Assembly: GCA_016840095.1 (NCBI GenBank)
Contig: JAEOSZ010000031.1
Coordinates: 128,001 to 192,000 of the forward strand
Source: Candidatus Heimdallarchaeota archaeon
Lineage (GTDB): Archaea; Asgardarchaeota; Heimdallarchaeia; Heimdallarchaeales; Heimdallarchaeaceae
Direction: 5' to 3'
DNA length: 64,000 nucleotides
Below, one piece after another: positions 9,643 through 19,720 of this stretch. Both the position numbers and the translations under genes were made by a program. Under the pieces are notes generated by a model. It was not told where the DNA came from. It saw only the letters and a list, made by a program, of their open reading frames with translations, and did no database searches. The first letter of the stretch is position 1. The number at the start of each line of letters is the position of its first letter.

Positions 9643-10941
9643 CTATTTGATTAGAAGTATTCTCTCATTTGGTGGGTATAACCACTTTACTCCATCTTTA
9701 GTTACAACTGCATTATCTTCTATATTGAAGCGTACTTTCCAACCATTCCATTCTGGGTTTGGAGTATAAGCCATAAATTCAAACGCAAATAGATTATTTT
9801 CTTTTATTACTAAATGAGCTCGATCTTTGCGAAAACCTGCAATTGATGGACCTGAAGCAACTTCACTATTTCCAGTATTCCCAACACAATGACAATCTAT
9901 CATTACTTCCGTTTTTCCAGGATATTTTTGATTCTCATTTGGTTCTATACTAGGTCCCCCTCCTAACATTGGATCAACAGTTAGTGGAAAATAAACAAAA
10001 CCAGCGTTTTCAAGAGCTTTTCCAACCTTTTCTAATGTTTCAGCTGCAGTTTGACCTACTTTGATCTCTTGCTTGATTACTTCTCTTGCTTCCAATGCTC
10101 TATCCCATCCAAACTGTATTCCACTTGGTACTGAAGTTTCACTATCATTCAATACATAAGCTACTCTCTTAAAATCCGTACCGAAGTTCATGTGACTAAT
10201 TCCAAAATCATACTGCATCAGATCACCTTTTTGAATAATATAATCAGTAGAGCTAAATTCCTCTCTCTTTGAGGTATCTGAATGAATGATCATAGGTGTA
10301 GCCAAATCAAAAGTTGAACTCATTCCATGTGTGATTAGTTGATCTTCCATCCACCAACCAACATCTGCTAAAGATGTTTCACCAGGAGTGATAACTTCAT
10401 TAGATAAAGCTCTTTCGAGAAGTTGTCTAGCTATTTCACAAATTTTAGAATAAACATCAATTTCGATTTGGACTCTTCTTGTTCTAAAATCTGTTATGAC
10501 TATTTCAGCTGAAGTAATTCTTTCGGAATATTCACCTAAAGCTTGAGTTAGTTTTCGATATTCTGAGAGTGAGATACCATCAGCAACAGCTAACCATTCA
10601 GAAGTGTTTACAGCGATTGACTTCGGATTTCTCTCTGAAACGAATTCATACAGCTTTTCCCGTGGTTCAATAATATCATAGACATCTAACATCTCTAGAT
10701 CTTCTTCATATCCACCTAAGACAGCTCTTTCAATACGAGATTCTCCAATATCTGTAAAAATGAAGTAACCATCATTACCACCTAGATCAATAGTGAGTGG
10801 GTCAGGATTTCCTTCTCTCATAACATGAATCCACATGTCTATGTTGTTTTCTCTCAATGCTAAAGGTAAAACTGAATCGAATTTTTCTTTTCTAATTTGG
10901 TTAAGAGTCTCCCATCGTTTACGTGCATCATACATCATCAC
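9643..10941 (-). CDS. M24 family metallopeptidase (Xaa-Pro aminopeptidase-like)
   Basis: GDLMQYDFG...TDFKR, HCVG, FAFE, IEDNAVVT metal ligands. Confidence 0.85.
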   Translation of the reverse strand: MMMYDARKRWETLNQIRKEKFDSVLPLALRENNIDMWIHVMREGNPDPLTIDLGGNDGYFIFTDIGESRIERAVLGGYEEDLEMLDVYDIIEPREKLYEFVSERNPKSIAVNTSEWLAVADGISLSEYRKLTQALGEYSERITSAEIVITDFRTRRVQIEIDVYSKICEIARQLLERALSNEVITPGETSLADVGWWMEDQLITHGMSSTFDLATPMIIHSDTSKREEFSSTDYIIQKGDLMQYDFGISHMNFGTDFKRVAYVLNDSETSVPSGIQFGWDRALEAREVIKQEIKVGQTAAETLEKVGKALENAGFVYFPLTVDPMLGGGPSIEPNENQKYPGKTEVMIDCHCVGNTGNSEVASGPSIAGFRKDRAHLVIKENNLFAFEFMAYTPNPEWNGWKVRFNIEDNAVVTKDGVKWLYPPNERILLIK

Positions 10942-11120
10942 ACATCTCTGAAGGAAATTAAATCTCTTATTTCTTAAATCTGTTCCAAAAGTAATAGCTA
11001 AATTTTATCTGAGAGAATATATCTATCATCTTTACACTAGTTTTGAAACTGTAGTTTGAACAATTTCCCTCTACTCCTAAAGAAGTCTTTATATTTAATA
11101 ATAATCTTTGTAGTATTGAA

Positions 11121-11501
11121 ATGAGTTTGCGAAGTTTGCGAAGACGTAGATCTTTTAATGGAGTTATAACTTTCTTAATAATAATTCTTGTTGGACTATT
11201 AGTAGCAGGAATTGTTACTAGAAGGCCAGTATTCTATATACTAGATGGGATAATCCTGTTCTTCATTATTCTAAGTGTTGTTCTTCTATTCAATTTTCTG
11301 AAAAAGACAGGTCAAGAAACATCTAGCACCCGTAGAAGCACCTATGATATTCTTGAAGGAAGGGAAATCAAAGGATTGAAAGTAGAAAAGGAAGAAGTAT
11401 CTGAATCTAAGAAAGATAAGGGTGCAGGTTTTTGCCAACATTGTGGCATGAAGTTAGAGCCAGGAATGAAGTTCTGTAGCAATTGTGGAAAGTCTAATTA
11501 G
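11121..11501 (+). CDS. Two-TM membrane protein with C-terminal zinc ribbon
   Basis: Two hydrophobic helices; FCQHCG...FCSNCG. Confidence 0.85.
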   Translation: MSLRSLRRRRSFNGVITFLIIILVGLLVAGIVTRRPVFYILDGIILFFIILSVVLLFNFLKKTGQETSSTRRSTYDILEGREIKGLKVEKEEVSESKKDKGAGFCQHCGMKLEPGMKFCSNCGKSN

Positions 11502-12534
11502 AACCTTTATTATCCTCTTTCATCATTCTAGGAATAGAGATAATTGAATCATGAATTATATTATCTTGTACATAAACATTAAAACAATCAGTGAACTCAA
11601 AGGGAAGGCTTTCATTGTACATTCTATATACCGTATTGTTTGTAATAAACAATGATGTACTGTTGTAAGCAATAAGAGCTATTTCTCTAATATCTATAGT
11701 GTTGTTGTCCACTTGTATTTGATTTGAATCTACTATTAGTATACCGTAGACCCTATCTGAAGCACTAATGCTGTTGTTACAAATTGTTATATTATTACTT
11801 AGTAGTATTTTAAGAGTCCCATGTGAAAAATAATAAGGATTATAATCACTATTTAGCTTAAGAGAAAAGACATACTCGACATAGTAGTCTGAGTTATGAG
11901 TATTGTTTCTTATAATTGCGTTCATAGAATTTACAAGCAATATTTCACAAAAGAAAAAACTGTTTTCAATTAAACAGTTGTCTGAATTTTCTAACATTAA
12001 TCCATTCCCCTTATGATTTAGATTATAATCTCTCAGAAACTCATTATTGCCATAATGTGTGTTATTTGAGATTCTAACACCATCTGAATCTTTAATCAAT
12101 AATCCTCCCATAGCTCTAGGATTATCCCAAGGAGTTTGAAAAACAACAACAAAAGTACAATTTTCAATTAAACATGTGTTATCTGCAATTGATGTTATTT
12201 TTAATCCATAATTTCCTCCTAAGATTGTACAATTTCTTACTACGAAATGCTTAGATGTAAAACTGATTTCTAATGCTGTATATGTCTCTTTAAGCCATGT
12301 TTCATTTGTTCCCAAAATAAGATTTTCAATGAAATATGGATCCTCAGCTGTTCCACTGCCTTGAAAATCAAATTTTTCAAAATCACTATCCGAATCTATC
12401 AGTAAAGTATTTTCAGCGACAGGACAAGAAGGACAAGGATATCTGAAAGCTAGGAAGACAACTAAGAAATAAGAGGTAACTGCTAGAATAACAATGCTCA
12501 TGATGCTTATGACAATTTTTTGTGCAGTATTCAT
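11494..12534 (-). CDS. Parallel beta-helix surface protein, N-terminal anchor, CPSC motif
   Basis: GSGTAEDPYFIENL cap; I.NN repeats; overlaps convergent gene by 8 nt. Confidence 0.85.
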   Translation of the reverse strand: MNTAQKIVISIMSIVILAVTSYFLVVFLAFRYPCPSCPVAENTLLIDSDSDFEKFDFQGSGTAEDPYFIENLILGTNETWLKETYTALEISFTSKHFVVRNCTILGGNYGLKITSIADNTCLIENCTFVVVFQTPWDNPRAMGGLLIKDSDGVRISNNTHYGNNEFLRDYNLNHKGNGLMLENSDNCLIENSFFFCEILLVNSMNAIIRNNTHNSDYYVEYVFSLKLNSDYNPYYFSHGTLKILLSNNITICNNSISASDRVYGILIVDSNQIQVDNNTIDIREIALIAYNSTSLFITNNTVYRMYNESLPFEFTDCFNVYVQDNIIHDSIISIPRMMKEDNKGSN

Positions 12535-12540
12535 TTTACA

Positions 12541-12564
12541 ATCAACATATCAACATATCAACAT
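12541..12564. repeat. Tandem 8-mer (ATCAACAT)x3 between promoter and start codon of the 12534 gene
   Basis: atcaacat atcaacat atcaacat read directly. Confidence 0.85.
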
Positions 12565-12656
12565 ATTACAATACTTTATTTAAATCTTTCTGAATTATAG
12601 GTATCTTATTAGAAATACCTATCTTCTGAATTACCCACATCTTCTTGTTTTGTCAT

Positions 12657-12711
12657 CCTTCTCGTTAGGGAAGTTAATTTCAAAGAAGTGGAAATAATAC
12701 CCTTATTAGAA
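12657..12711. repeat. Dispersed intergenic repeat, copy 1 (~55 bp)
   Basis: 43/55 identical, ungapped, to 14226-14280. Confidence 0.85.
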
Positions 12712-12733
12712 GGGGGTTGATTTACTCCAAAAC

Positions 12734-13177
12734 TCATATATTTTTTCTTAAGGAATATAGTAATGTAGTAATTGGAGTTACAATAGTAAATACTAACATT
12801 ATAGTTAGATAAAGAAATAAATCTACATAAACTCTACATGCTCTTTTATCAATAATTAAGTAGATTGAGTATAATATGATGAAGAGTAAACTATTGATTA
12901 TTCGAAGAAGATTATGGAACTCAGGATAAAGATCCTCATCTCTATTAATGAAATCATATGTCATAAATGGAAAAGTAAAAACTATCCAATAAAAATAGAA
13001 GAAGATTTTAACCCAAAGCTTTAGAGCAACAACATCACAGGTAGCTGCACCTGGAGGATGAGTAATAAATAATAATACAAAGAAAATGATTATTGTAAAG
13101 AAGAGATTACTCTCAAGCAAAAAGAGCACAGTTTTGAAACTAATTATCTGTTCTGCCTTTGTATGTGTTTTTTCCAT
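12734..13177 (-). CDS. Hypothetical 4-TM membrane protein
   Basis: Four hydrophobic segments; fills the intergenic gap; ATG start. Confidence 0.65.
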   Translation of the reverse strand: MEKTHTKAEQIISFKTVLFLLESNLFFTIIIFFVLLFITHPPGAATCDVVALKLWVKIFFYFYWIVFTFPFMTYDFINRDEDLYPEFHNLLRIINSLLFIILYSIYLIIDKRACRVYVDLFLYLTIMLVFTIVTPITTLLYSLRKNI

Positions 13178-13244
13178 TACACTAACAAAAATGAATGTGT
13201 CTAAAAACTTTACTCCGATTCAAGAATAAATATCTGGTTTCTTA

Positions 13245-13270
13245 AAATAATACCCTTCTTGGAAATACCT
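13245..13270. repeat. Partial copy of the dispersed intergenic repeat
   Basis: aaataatacccttcttggaaatacct matches 12692-12711 and 12605-12620. Confidence 0.7.
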
Positions 13271-13361
13271 CTGAAATTTATTTATACTACTAACAATTTA
13301 AATAGTAGTTTATTCAAAGTACAAGTTTAAGAATAAAAATTAAGTTTAAGGAGTTAAAACA

Positions 13362-14189
13362 ATGAAAAACAGAAAAATTCTCTCTTATCTAATAGTGTTA
13401 TTATTCTTACTTCTATTTTCCTCAAGTAGCTTATTCATCATGAATGTGCAAGGAGCATTTTATTCTGATAATTTGTCAGCTGGTACAGAATTAAAATGGA
13501 AATTGTCAATTGAGGATGTTGTTCCTATAGAAGACATAGATCAGTATAGACTTAACATTACAGCAACAGAATCTCTAAGTGATGGAGATACCTTCAAAAT
13601 AGTACTTGCAAAAGATCCTGATTTGTTAGGAGCTCCAGGTTTGGATGGAATTTTTGACACATCAGACTATTGGGCTGATTTCTACATCAATAATATTCAT
13701 ATAGGAAACGACTCTACAGAATTACTTGTATCACGTGATTTTAGCCCTTCAAATGGTCCAGAAATTATTTTCATTTATATTCTACCTACACATTTTGATG
13801 TAGAAAAAACTAGCAGAATTATTCAAGAACATCTAAAAGAAGGATATGAAAATTATGAAGAAAGCAACAGCACATATCTTTATGAGATATCTATTAATTC
13901 TAAAAATTTCTACATGAAATCTTTCATTACAGTTTATGAAAATGCAACAGATACTACTTATGAATACACAACTGAAGTTATATACAATATCAAATGGGGA
14001 GTTCTTGCAAAACTAGATTCTTTGATGACTGCCAAAAATAGTATCTCAAACACAACTGCTCATATACTATTAGAATCAACCAAAACAGGAATCAAAGTGT
14101 CCTATGAATGGATTATTGGTTTCCTAGCAATTATTCTGTCAGGAATAGTAGTAAGATCTCGAAGAAAAGGAAAAATAAAAATAGAGTGA
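13362..14189 (+). CDS. Secreted/surface protein with C-terminal TM anchor (choice-of-anchor S-like); paralog of 60342-61181
   Basis: Signal peptide; GTELKW, FKIVL, WADFY, YNIKWGVL, and YEWI-TM-RSRRK shared with the 60342 protein; GGAG RBS. Confidence 0.75.
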   Translation: MKNRKILSYLIVLLFLLLFSSSSLFIMNVQGAFYSDNLSAGTELKWKLSIEDVVPIEDIDQYRLNITATESLSDGDTFKIVLAKDPDLLGAPGLDGIFDTSDYWADFYINNIHIGNDSTELLVSRDFSPSNGPEIIFIYILPTHFDVEKTSRIIQEHLKEGYENYEESNSTYLYEISINSKNFYMKSFITVYENATDTTYEYTTEVIYNIKWGVLAKLDSLMTAKNSISNTTAHILLESTKTGIKVSYEWIIGFLAIILSGIVVRSRRKGKIKIE

Positions 14190-14225
14190 AGATTAGCTCA
14201 AGATTTAATTAGAGTCTAATTATTA

Positions 14226-14280
14226 CCTTGTCGCTAGGGAACTTAATTTGAAATCGTTGGAAATAATACCTTTCTTGAAA
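14226..14280. repeat. Dispersed intergenic repeat, copy 2 (~55 bp)
   Basis: 43/55 identical to 12657-12711. Confidence 0.85.
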
Positions 14281-14333
14281 GTTAACCGCTTCTTTGTAAG
14301 AAATTTAATAAGGTATAAGAAATTCTTGGTGCT

Positions 14334-15362
14334 ATGAAATCTGAAGATGTTTGTGTGAACATACATGCTCTGGAAGTACTTGAAGAGTTGATAAAACACA
14401 GAATAATACCTGAAGATTCTGAACTGGATGACTATACTCAAGTATATGGTGGTGCAGATACTACTATTTTTGAAATAAGCTTCAAAGATTATCCAACGAA
14501 GTATATTCAAAGAATTTTTAGATCTGAAGTATCTAAAGAGCATGCTGAGTTTGAATTCATTATTCAAAAAATCCTTTTTGATAATGATGTCAGTGTTCCA
14601 CAACCATTTCTGATGAAATTTACTCCAAACTCCTTGGAAAGATTCTATTTTATTATGGAGAAAATCGAAGGACCTCAATTAGCTCAAGCATTCGAGAGTA
14701 ATCCTGAACAGTTTGACAACTTACTTTTCAAACAATTTAAAGAACTACATAAAATTCATACAGTTGATCCGAAACTATTTCCTCAAATTGTATCGTTTGA
14801 TATCAAGGAGAATCCTTTTGCACCAGTTGAATATCTTTTAAATCGAAGAAAGTCTTTTCTCGAGAAATATCCTGAAGACCTTAAGGAACTAAAACCTGTT
14901 TTCGACTGGTTAGAAGAACATAAAAAAGATAATCCTTGTAAAAAATTGGTAGTAGTCCATGGAGATTATCATGGTTTTAATATTATTGTTCAAGAAAATC
15001 AAGAATTAAAAATCTTAGATTGGACTGGAATTAGTATTAGTGATTTCAGAAGAGATTTAGCATTTGCAGCTACGACTACAAGTTCGATGGTAGGGGAAGA
15101 TATGTCATCTATAATAGTGAGTGTATATGAACAGATTTCAGGTTTGAAAGTGGAGAATTTGCACTACTTTCTTATTTTAGAAAATATCTTTAACTTGATT
15201 AGATTTTATAGTGGGATAAACAATCCTCTGATTACTAACGAGACTGAAGACACTATGAATTTCTTCAAATCAGTAAGAACCTATCCATTGTTTCTTGTAG
15301 ATTTGATAAAGGAAACTTGTGATATCGAACTTAATCAAATAAAGGAGTTCTTTAAAGAATAG
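14334..15362 (+). CDS. Aminoglycoside phosphotransferase/choline kinase-like (APH family) protein
   Basis: VPQP, FIMEKIEG, VHGDYHGFNI, ILDW. Confidence 0.85.
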   Translation: MKSEDVCVNIHALEVLEELIKHRIIPEDSELDDYTQVYGGADTTIFEISFKDYPTKYIQRIFRSEVSKEHAEFEFIIQKILFDNDVSVPQPFLMKFTPNSLERFYFIMEKIEGPQLAQAFESNPEQFDNLLFKQFKELHKIHTVDPKLFPQIVSFDIKENPFAPVEYLLNRRKSFLEKYPEDLKELKPVFDWLEEHKKDNPCKKLVVVHGDYHGFNIIVQENQELKILDWTGISISDFRRDLAFAATTTSSMVGEDMSSIIVSVYEQISGLKVENLHYFLILENIFNLIRFYSGINNPLITNETEDTMNFFKSVRTYPLFLVDLIKETCDIELNQIKEFFKE

Positions 15363-15481
15363 CTTAACCATATATTCACAATCCTCTTCCAAGATTTTAG
15401 TCGGACTTTAAAAGTAATATAGAATTAAATTCGTTAAATTGCCTTTTTGGTAACTTTAAATAGGTTTCATTTCAATTATTT

Positions 15482-18400
15482 ATGATAGGGGTTCTTAGTT
15501 TGCTTGGAAAATTAAGAAATAGAACCATTTCATTTCTCAGTATTTTTCTATTACTTATTTTAGTAATTTCTCTTAACTATACTTCAATACAGAGATCATT
15601 TGGATCTATATTACAAGAAACTGATTTACTGGATTCTTTGAGTGTAGATAATTCTCTCCCTGCATACACACCATATCTTAATGATTTGAGTTCATATCCT
15701 TATACTCCTGTAACAAATCTTACTAAAGCAGGTGATGATTTTGATGTTTCAGATACTCTAGCTGTTTATGACGAGTTTTCTCTAAATCTGTCATATAATC
15801 CCATTACAGGGGATTTTGAAGACAATTTTACCCTTTCTGATTTATCTTCATCTTATGATGAATCTTTGCTAAAGTATAACATGACACATATTCAAGCAAA
15901 ACGAGATTCTTATGTTATTGAAGATGTACAAAATGGTTTTGTTCTCTTTGATGGATCTAGACCTGCGATTGCTCAAAGTTTTGAAGTAAAATGGGAGTAT
16001 GCAATGTTTTATGGTGCAGAAATGCATCTTGCTGATGATGGATCTAATCTTTTCACTGAGTTAGAGCTTTTCGTAGTAAAAGCAGATGAATTCACAGGAG
16101 CTCCTGATCTGAGTTATAATTACTCTAATGAGCTAAATGGTCCCTATGATAATACCAATAGAATTCCTACCACTTTTACATATTATGATTTTGAAGATAT
16201 AGTCTTGGAGCAAGGAAAGTATTTTGTTGTTGGAAAACTTACAGAAAAAGACTGGATTGGACCCAAATTTTTTAGATGGTATAGGAATACATTATCACCT
16301 TATACTAGTGACACTTACTATCAAACAGGATCCCTTACTTGGGAACTCCAAGCTTCTGTAGACCACACTTTTATTGTTGATCTCTTACCAACTTTTCAGA
16401 ACGGTACTGCAAGGGTTTTCGATAATTTAGATGATATTACTATGAAGGATAATGATTTGGAAATATCCTCAATAGATTCTCCAATAACATCTATAGGTTC
16501 TCACAATATAACTTGTGATACTTCATTAGAAATAGCTTTCAACAATTCCTATCATTTTTCAAATAATTATATAGTTACTACACATTATTCTGCTTTCAAC
16601 GGAACTGCTGGATCATACTCGATATATTGGAATTTAACTTGGGATGTTTCATCAGTTGACCCATCTCCCTATCTGACTAGTTACAGATCCATCTATATTG
16701 AAGTAGAAGATGATTGGTTTGAAACTCCTAACTGCTATTACAACGAATCATTATCCTTTTCAGCAACTTTAATTGATAATTACTATAGTTGCATTTTGGG
16801 AACTAACAATTCAGCAGGTACTTTTCGTATAGAAACGTCAAGTAGGAATTATATACAAAACCTTGATTTATCTGATGGGGAAATCAGCACTGACTTCTTT
16901 ACACTTGGATATTGGACAACTGACAGTGTAACTTCAACTGGGCATGAAGGTTCCACTATTTATTCTTCTATTACATTATTAGAAGCTACAGCAACTGGTA
17001 CATTGAATTTTACTTTATTTAATCCTGAAGGTAACATAATTCCTGTAAAAACAGGGCTACCAGCTAACCTTACTTTTACAGACTTAACAGAATACACAAT
17101 TATAGAACCAACTGCTGATAGTCCAGGTTTATTCACTTCAGAGATTACTCTAGATCCATCTGTTTATGGTAGTGATAGTGAAGGTATATGGACAGTCTTC
17201 GTTTATTGGAACAACGGGACTGAAGTAGGATTATTTTCTGTCCCAGTCTACATCCAATCTTCAACATACTTCAATGTTGAATGGGAAGAAATCCCAACAT
17301 ACAATAATTGGATAAACGATACTAATCAACTCATTGTAAGACAGAATGGTGATGAACTTGTGCTCAATACTAGTTACTATAAATTGAGTGAGCCTTTCTT
17401 TACAGGAAATGGTAAATTAATAGAGGACACAAATATCACCTTTACTGCTAGCTGGGGTGAGTCTGGTGTCCTACTGAATGAAAATGATTATCACCTTCTA
17501 TCGTATCAAACAAACTTAACTGCTAATACATATTCAATTGGCTTATCAACAAATGGTGTTTTGTTAGAAAATCATTATGTCAATCTTGATTTACAAGTAT
17601 TCAATATATTCTCAATTGAAGTAATTGAATCATCAATCGAATCTAATTCAACAGATGATTTGAAACTATCATTTAGACTTATTAATGAAACAGACACAAA
17701 TAGAAATCCTATGTCTGTAGTTGAAAGTGAGTTGTCGATTATGATTTTAGACGAGGAAGTAGATCAAGAATATTACTATATAGAATTTGAAGACGGAATA
17801 AATACTGTTATCATCTCAACTCAAGCAATAAAATTCAGTGATTTTGATTTAATGCTTAATGTAACAAAAGCACATTTCAAAACAGATTATACTAATAATA
17901 TAATTGAAACAACTTTTGATATTATTGTTCATCAAGTAAACCCCTCATCTGGCATACCTCCCTACTTGATTGGAGTAATAGGTGGTTCAACATTAGTAGT
18001 TGGAATAATTTCTGGAATAGTTATTCGAAGGTTAAGAAGAAACAAGGAGATAGTAGTTAGACCTGTTGATATATCAGAAGGTTCTAATTTAGTTTCTTTA
18101 TTTGAAAATATACAGTCGCTGAGAAAAGTTCTATTTACTCATACTGCTACTAGCTTACCAGTTTATGAGTATGATATTCAATATGAGAAAACAGTAGATA
18201 CTGCATTAATCACTGGGTTCCTATCTGTTGTAGAAACTATGGGTAAGGAAATAGGAGGTACAGGAACAGGTGGTATTAAGAAATTAGAATATGGGAATTT
18301 TGTTGTCAATACTGCAAGTTCAGAGAATTATTCAGTTTACTTGTTTACATCAACAGAAATAAACGCTGAAATATCTAATCGATTATTCAATCTTGTGATT

Positions 18401-18727
18401 TGGTTTGAAAATAGATTCAAATTAGTATTACCATGGGATGGAACTATGGATGAATTTAATGAGAAAGAACGCATAATACAGGAGAAAATTTTTGAAGACT
18501 TGTATGTATGGCTATTCTTCCCACTTCTGGTTAATACTGTGAAAGTAAATGAAATATATGAATGTGAAGGGATCAATCCAGAAATAGCTGATTTCATAGC
18601 AAAATCCACATCAGTGAAAATTACTAAGTTAATTCAGACATTTCAAGAAGTAGAGTTGAAAGATATACTATACACAGTATTTACTTGTGTAGATAATGAA
18701 TTTCTCTTACAAAAGAAATCTATGTAA
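15482..18727 (+). CDS. Large single-pass membrane protein: ~800-aa extracellular beta-rich region, TM, cytosolic longin/roadblock-like domain and probable C-terminal winged helix
   Basis: Signal peptide; many N-x-S/T sequons; TM YLIGVIGGSTLVVGIISGIVI-RRLRR; SLPVY...DTALITGFLSVVETMGKEI motif typical of Asgard longin-like domains. Confidence 0.75.
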   Translation: MIGVLSLLGKLRNRTISFLSIFLLLILVISLNYTSIQRSFGSILQETDLLDSLSVDNSLPAYTPYLNDLSSYPYTPVTNLTKAGDDFDVSDTLAVYDEFSLNLSYNPITGDFEDNFTLSDLSSSYDESLLKYNMTHIQAKRDSYVIEDVQNGFVLFDGSRPAIAQSFEVKWEYAMFYGAEMHLADDGSNLFTELELFVVKADEFTGAPDLSYNYSNELNGPYDNTNRIPTTFTYYDFEDIVLEQGKYFVVGKLTEKDWIGPKFFRWYRNTLSPYTSDTYYQTGSLTWELQASVDHTFIVDLLPTFQNGTARVFDNLDDITMKDNDLEISSIDSPITSIGSHNITCDTSLEIAFNNSYHFSNNYIVTTHYSAFNGTAGSYSIYWNLTWDVSSVDPSPYLTSYRSIYIEVEDDWFETPNCYYNESLSFSATLIDNYYSCILGTNNSAGTFRIETSSRNYIQNLDLSDGEISTDFFTLGYWTTDSVTSTGHEGSTIYSSITLLEATATGTLNFTLFNPEGNIIPVKTGLPANLTFTDLTEYTIIEPTADSPGLFTSEITLDPSVYGSDSEGIWTVFVYWNNGTEVGLFSVPVYIQSSTYFNVEWEEIPTYNNWINDTNQLIVRQNGDELVLNTSYYKLSEPFFTGNGKLIEDTNITFTASWGESGVLLNENDYHLLSYQTNLTANTYSIGLSTNGVLLENHYVNLDLQVFNIFSIEVIESSIESNSTDDLKLSFRLINETDTNRNPMSVVESELSIMILDEEVDQEYYYIEFEDGINTVIISTQAIKFSDFDLMLNVTKAHFKTDYTNNIIETTFDIIVHQVNPSSGIPPYLIGVIGGSTLVVGIISGIVIRRLRRNKEIVVRPVDISEGSNLVSLFENIQSLRKVLFTHTATSLPVYEYDIQYEKTVDTALITGFLSVVETMGKEIGGTGTGGIKKLEYGNFVVNTASSENYSVYLFTSTEINAEISNRLFNLVIWFENRFKLVLPWDGTMDEFNEKERIIQEKIFEDLYVWLFFPLLVNTVKVNEIYECEGINPEIADFIAKSTSVKITKLIQTFQEVELKDILYTVFTCVDNEFLLQKKSM

Positions 18728-18843
18728 TTCTTTTAAAAATTTTTTTGCACTCCTTTTACATATAATCTAAGTTTTGAAAACTTTTTCGAATTCTTTTTAT
18801 TATAAATACATTAAAATTACTAATATTGAGCAAAATTTCATAT

Positions 18844-19614
18844 CTAGAATACTTCTTCAGAATAGGTACCTGTCCGTTTAACGCTTAATTTGATGTACTC
18901 TTGTTTTACAGATTTTACTGGGGGTAGCTGCAAACCTTTTAGTTGCCCAAAGATTAGAGGATTACTCATAGTAGCTCTTCCAATCATAACTCCAACACAA
19001 CCTATTTCCTTCATTTTTTTAACGTCCTCCTTTGTCTTTATATCTCCATTAGCAACTATCGCTTTTCCAGTTTCTACACATTCGGGAAATACCTTCCAAT
19101 CTGCTTTCCTCTCATAAGATTCTGATCTATATCTAGCATGAACAACAAAGAAATCTGCATCTACTTTTTCTATAAGCTTAAGATATACTTTTTCTCTCTT
19201 TTCCGCTTTGGTTAACCCTAGACGTAGTTTGACATTAACATTGTACCCATGATCTTTGATTATATCAACCATTCTCTTTACTTTTGTTGGTCTCTTAATC
19301 ATTGCACTACCAATTCCTTGTCTAACATATGATTGAGAAGGGCACCCTAGATTCAAGTTAAAACCTTGAAAACCTGATTCAGGTATAAATTCCTTAAGAA
19401 ATTGACCTAGTTTTTCCTCATCCTTCCCCATAATCTGAATCATGGTAGGAGTATCATCATATAATCTGATTCTATCTAAAGCAGATTTGTTTTTTTTGAC
19501 TAATGTCTCAAATCTAATCTGTTCTGTAAAAGTAAGATCTGCACCATATTTATGGCAAATATATCTGAAACAAGAATCAGTTACTTTCTCCATTGGTGCA
19601 AGCATATACTCCAT
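18844..19614 (-). CDS. dus: tRNA-dihydrouridine synthase family protein
   Basis: LAPM, QIMG, NLNLGCP, VKLRLG, VHAR, ANGDI, GVMIGRA. Confidence 0.9.
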   Translation of the reverse strand: MEYMLAPMEKVTDSCFRYICHKYGADLTFTEQIRFETLVKKNKSALDRIRLYDDTPTMIQIMGKDEEKLGQFLKEFIPESGFQGFNLNLGCPSQSYVRQGIGSAMIKRPTKVKRMVDIIKDHGYNVNVKLRLGLTKAEKREKVYLKLIEKVDADFFVVHARYRSESYERKADWKVFPECVETGKAIVANGDIKTKEDVKKMKEIGCVGVMIGRATMSNPLIFGQLKGLQLPPVKSVKQEYIKLSVKRTGTYSEEVF

Positions 19615-19720
19615 AAATTCTGACTATTTACTTCATTAATAAGTCTTAATACTATTCCAGTTTAGTTTCTCAAAAAACCATTTATTATTAAGTGTATAAG
19701 AAAAAAATGGGAAGAGAAGA

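Noticed and set aside
12734-13177. HPP-family assignment from the HPPGAA motif
   Set aside because: The motif follows the first TM rather than lying late in the domain, and other HPP motifs are absent
12657-14281. Degenerate CRISPR array (one repeat copy reads GTTGGAAATAATACCTTTCTTGAAAG)
   Set aside because: Copies are 0.5-1 kb apart, separated by whole genes and divergent; no cas genes in the window
14223-14678. 151-aa minus-strand ORF
   Set aside because: Antisense shadow of the APH gene with atypical composition
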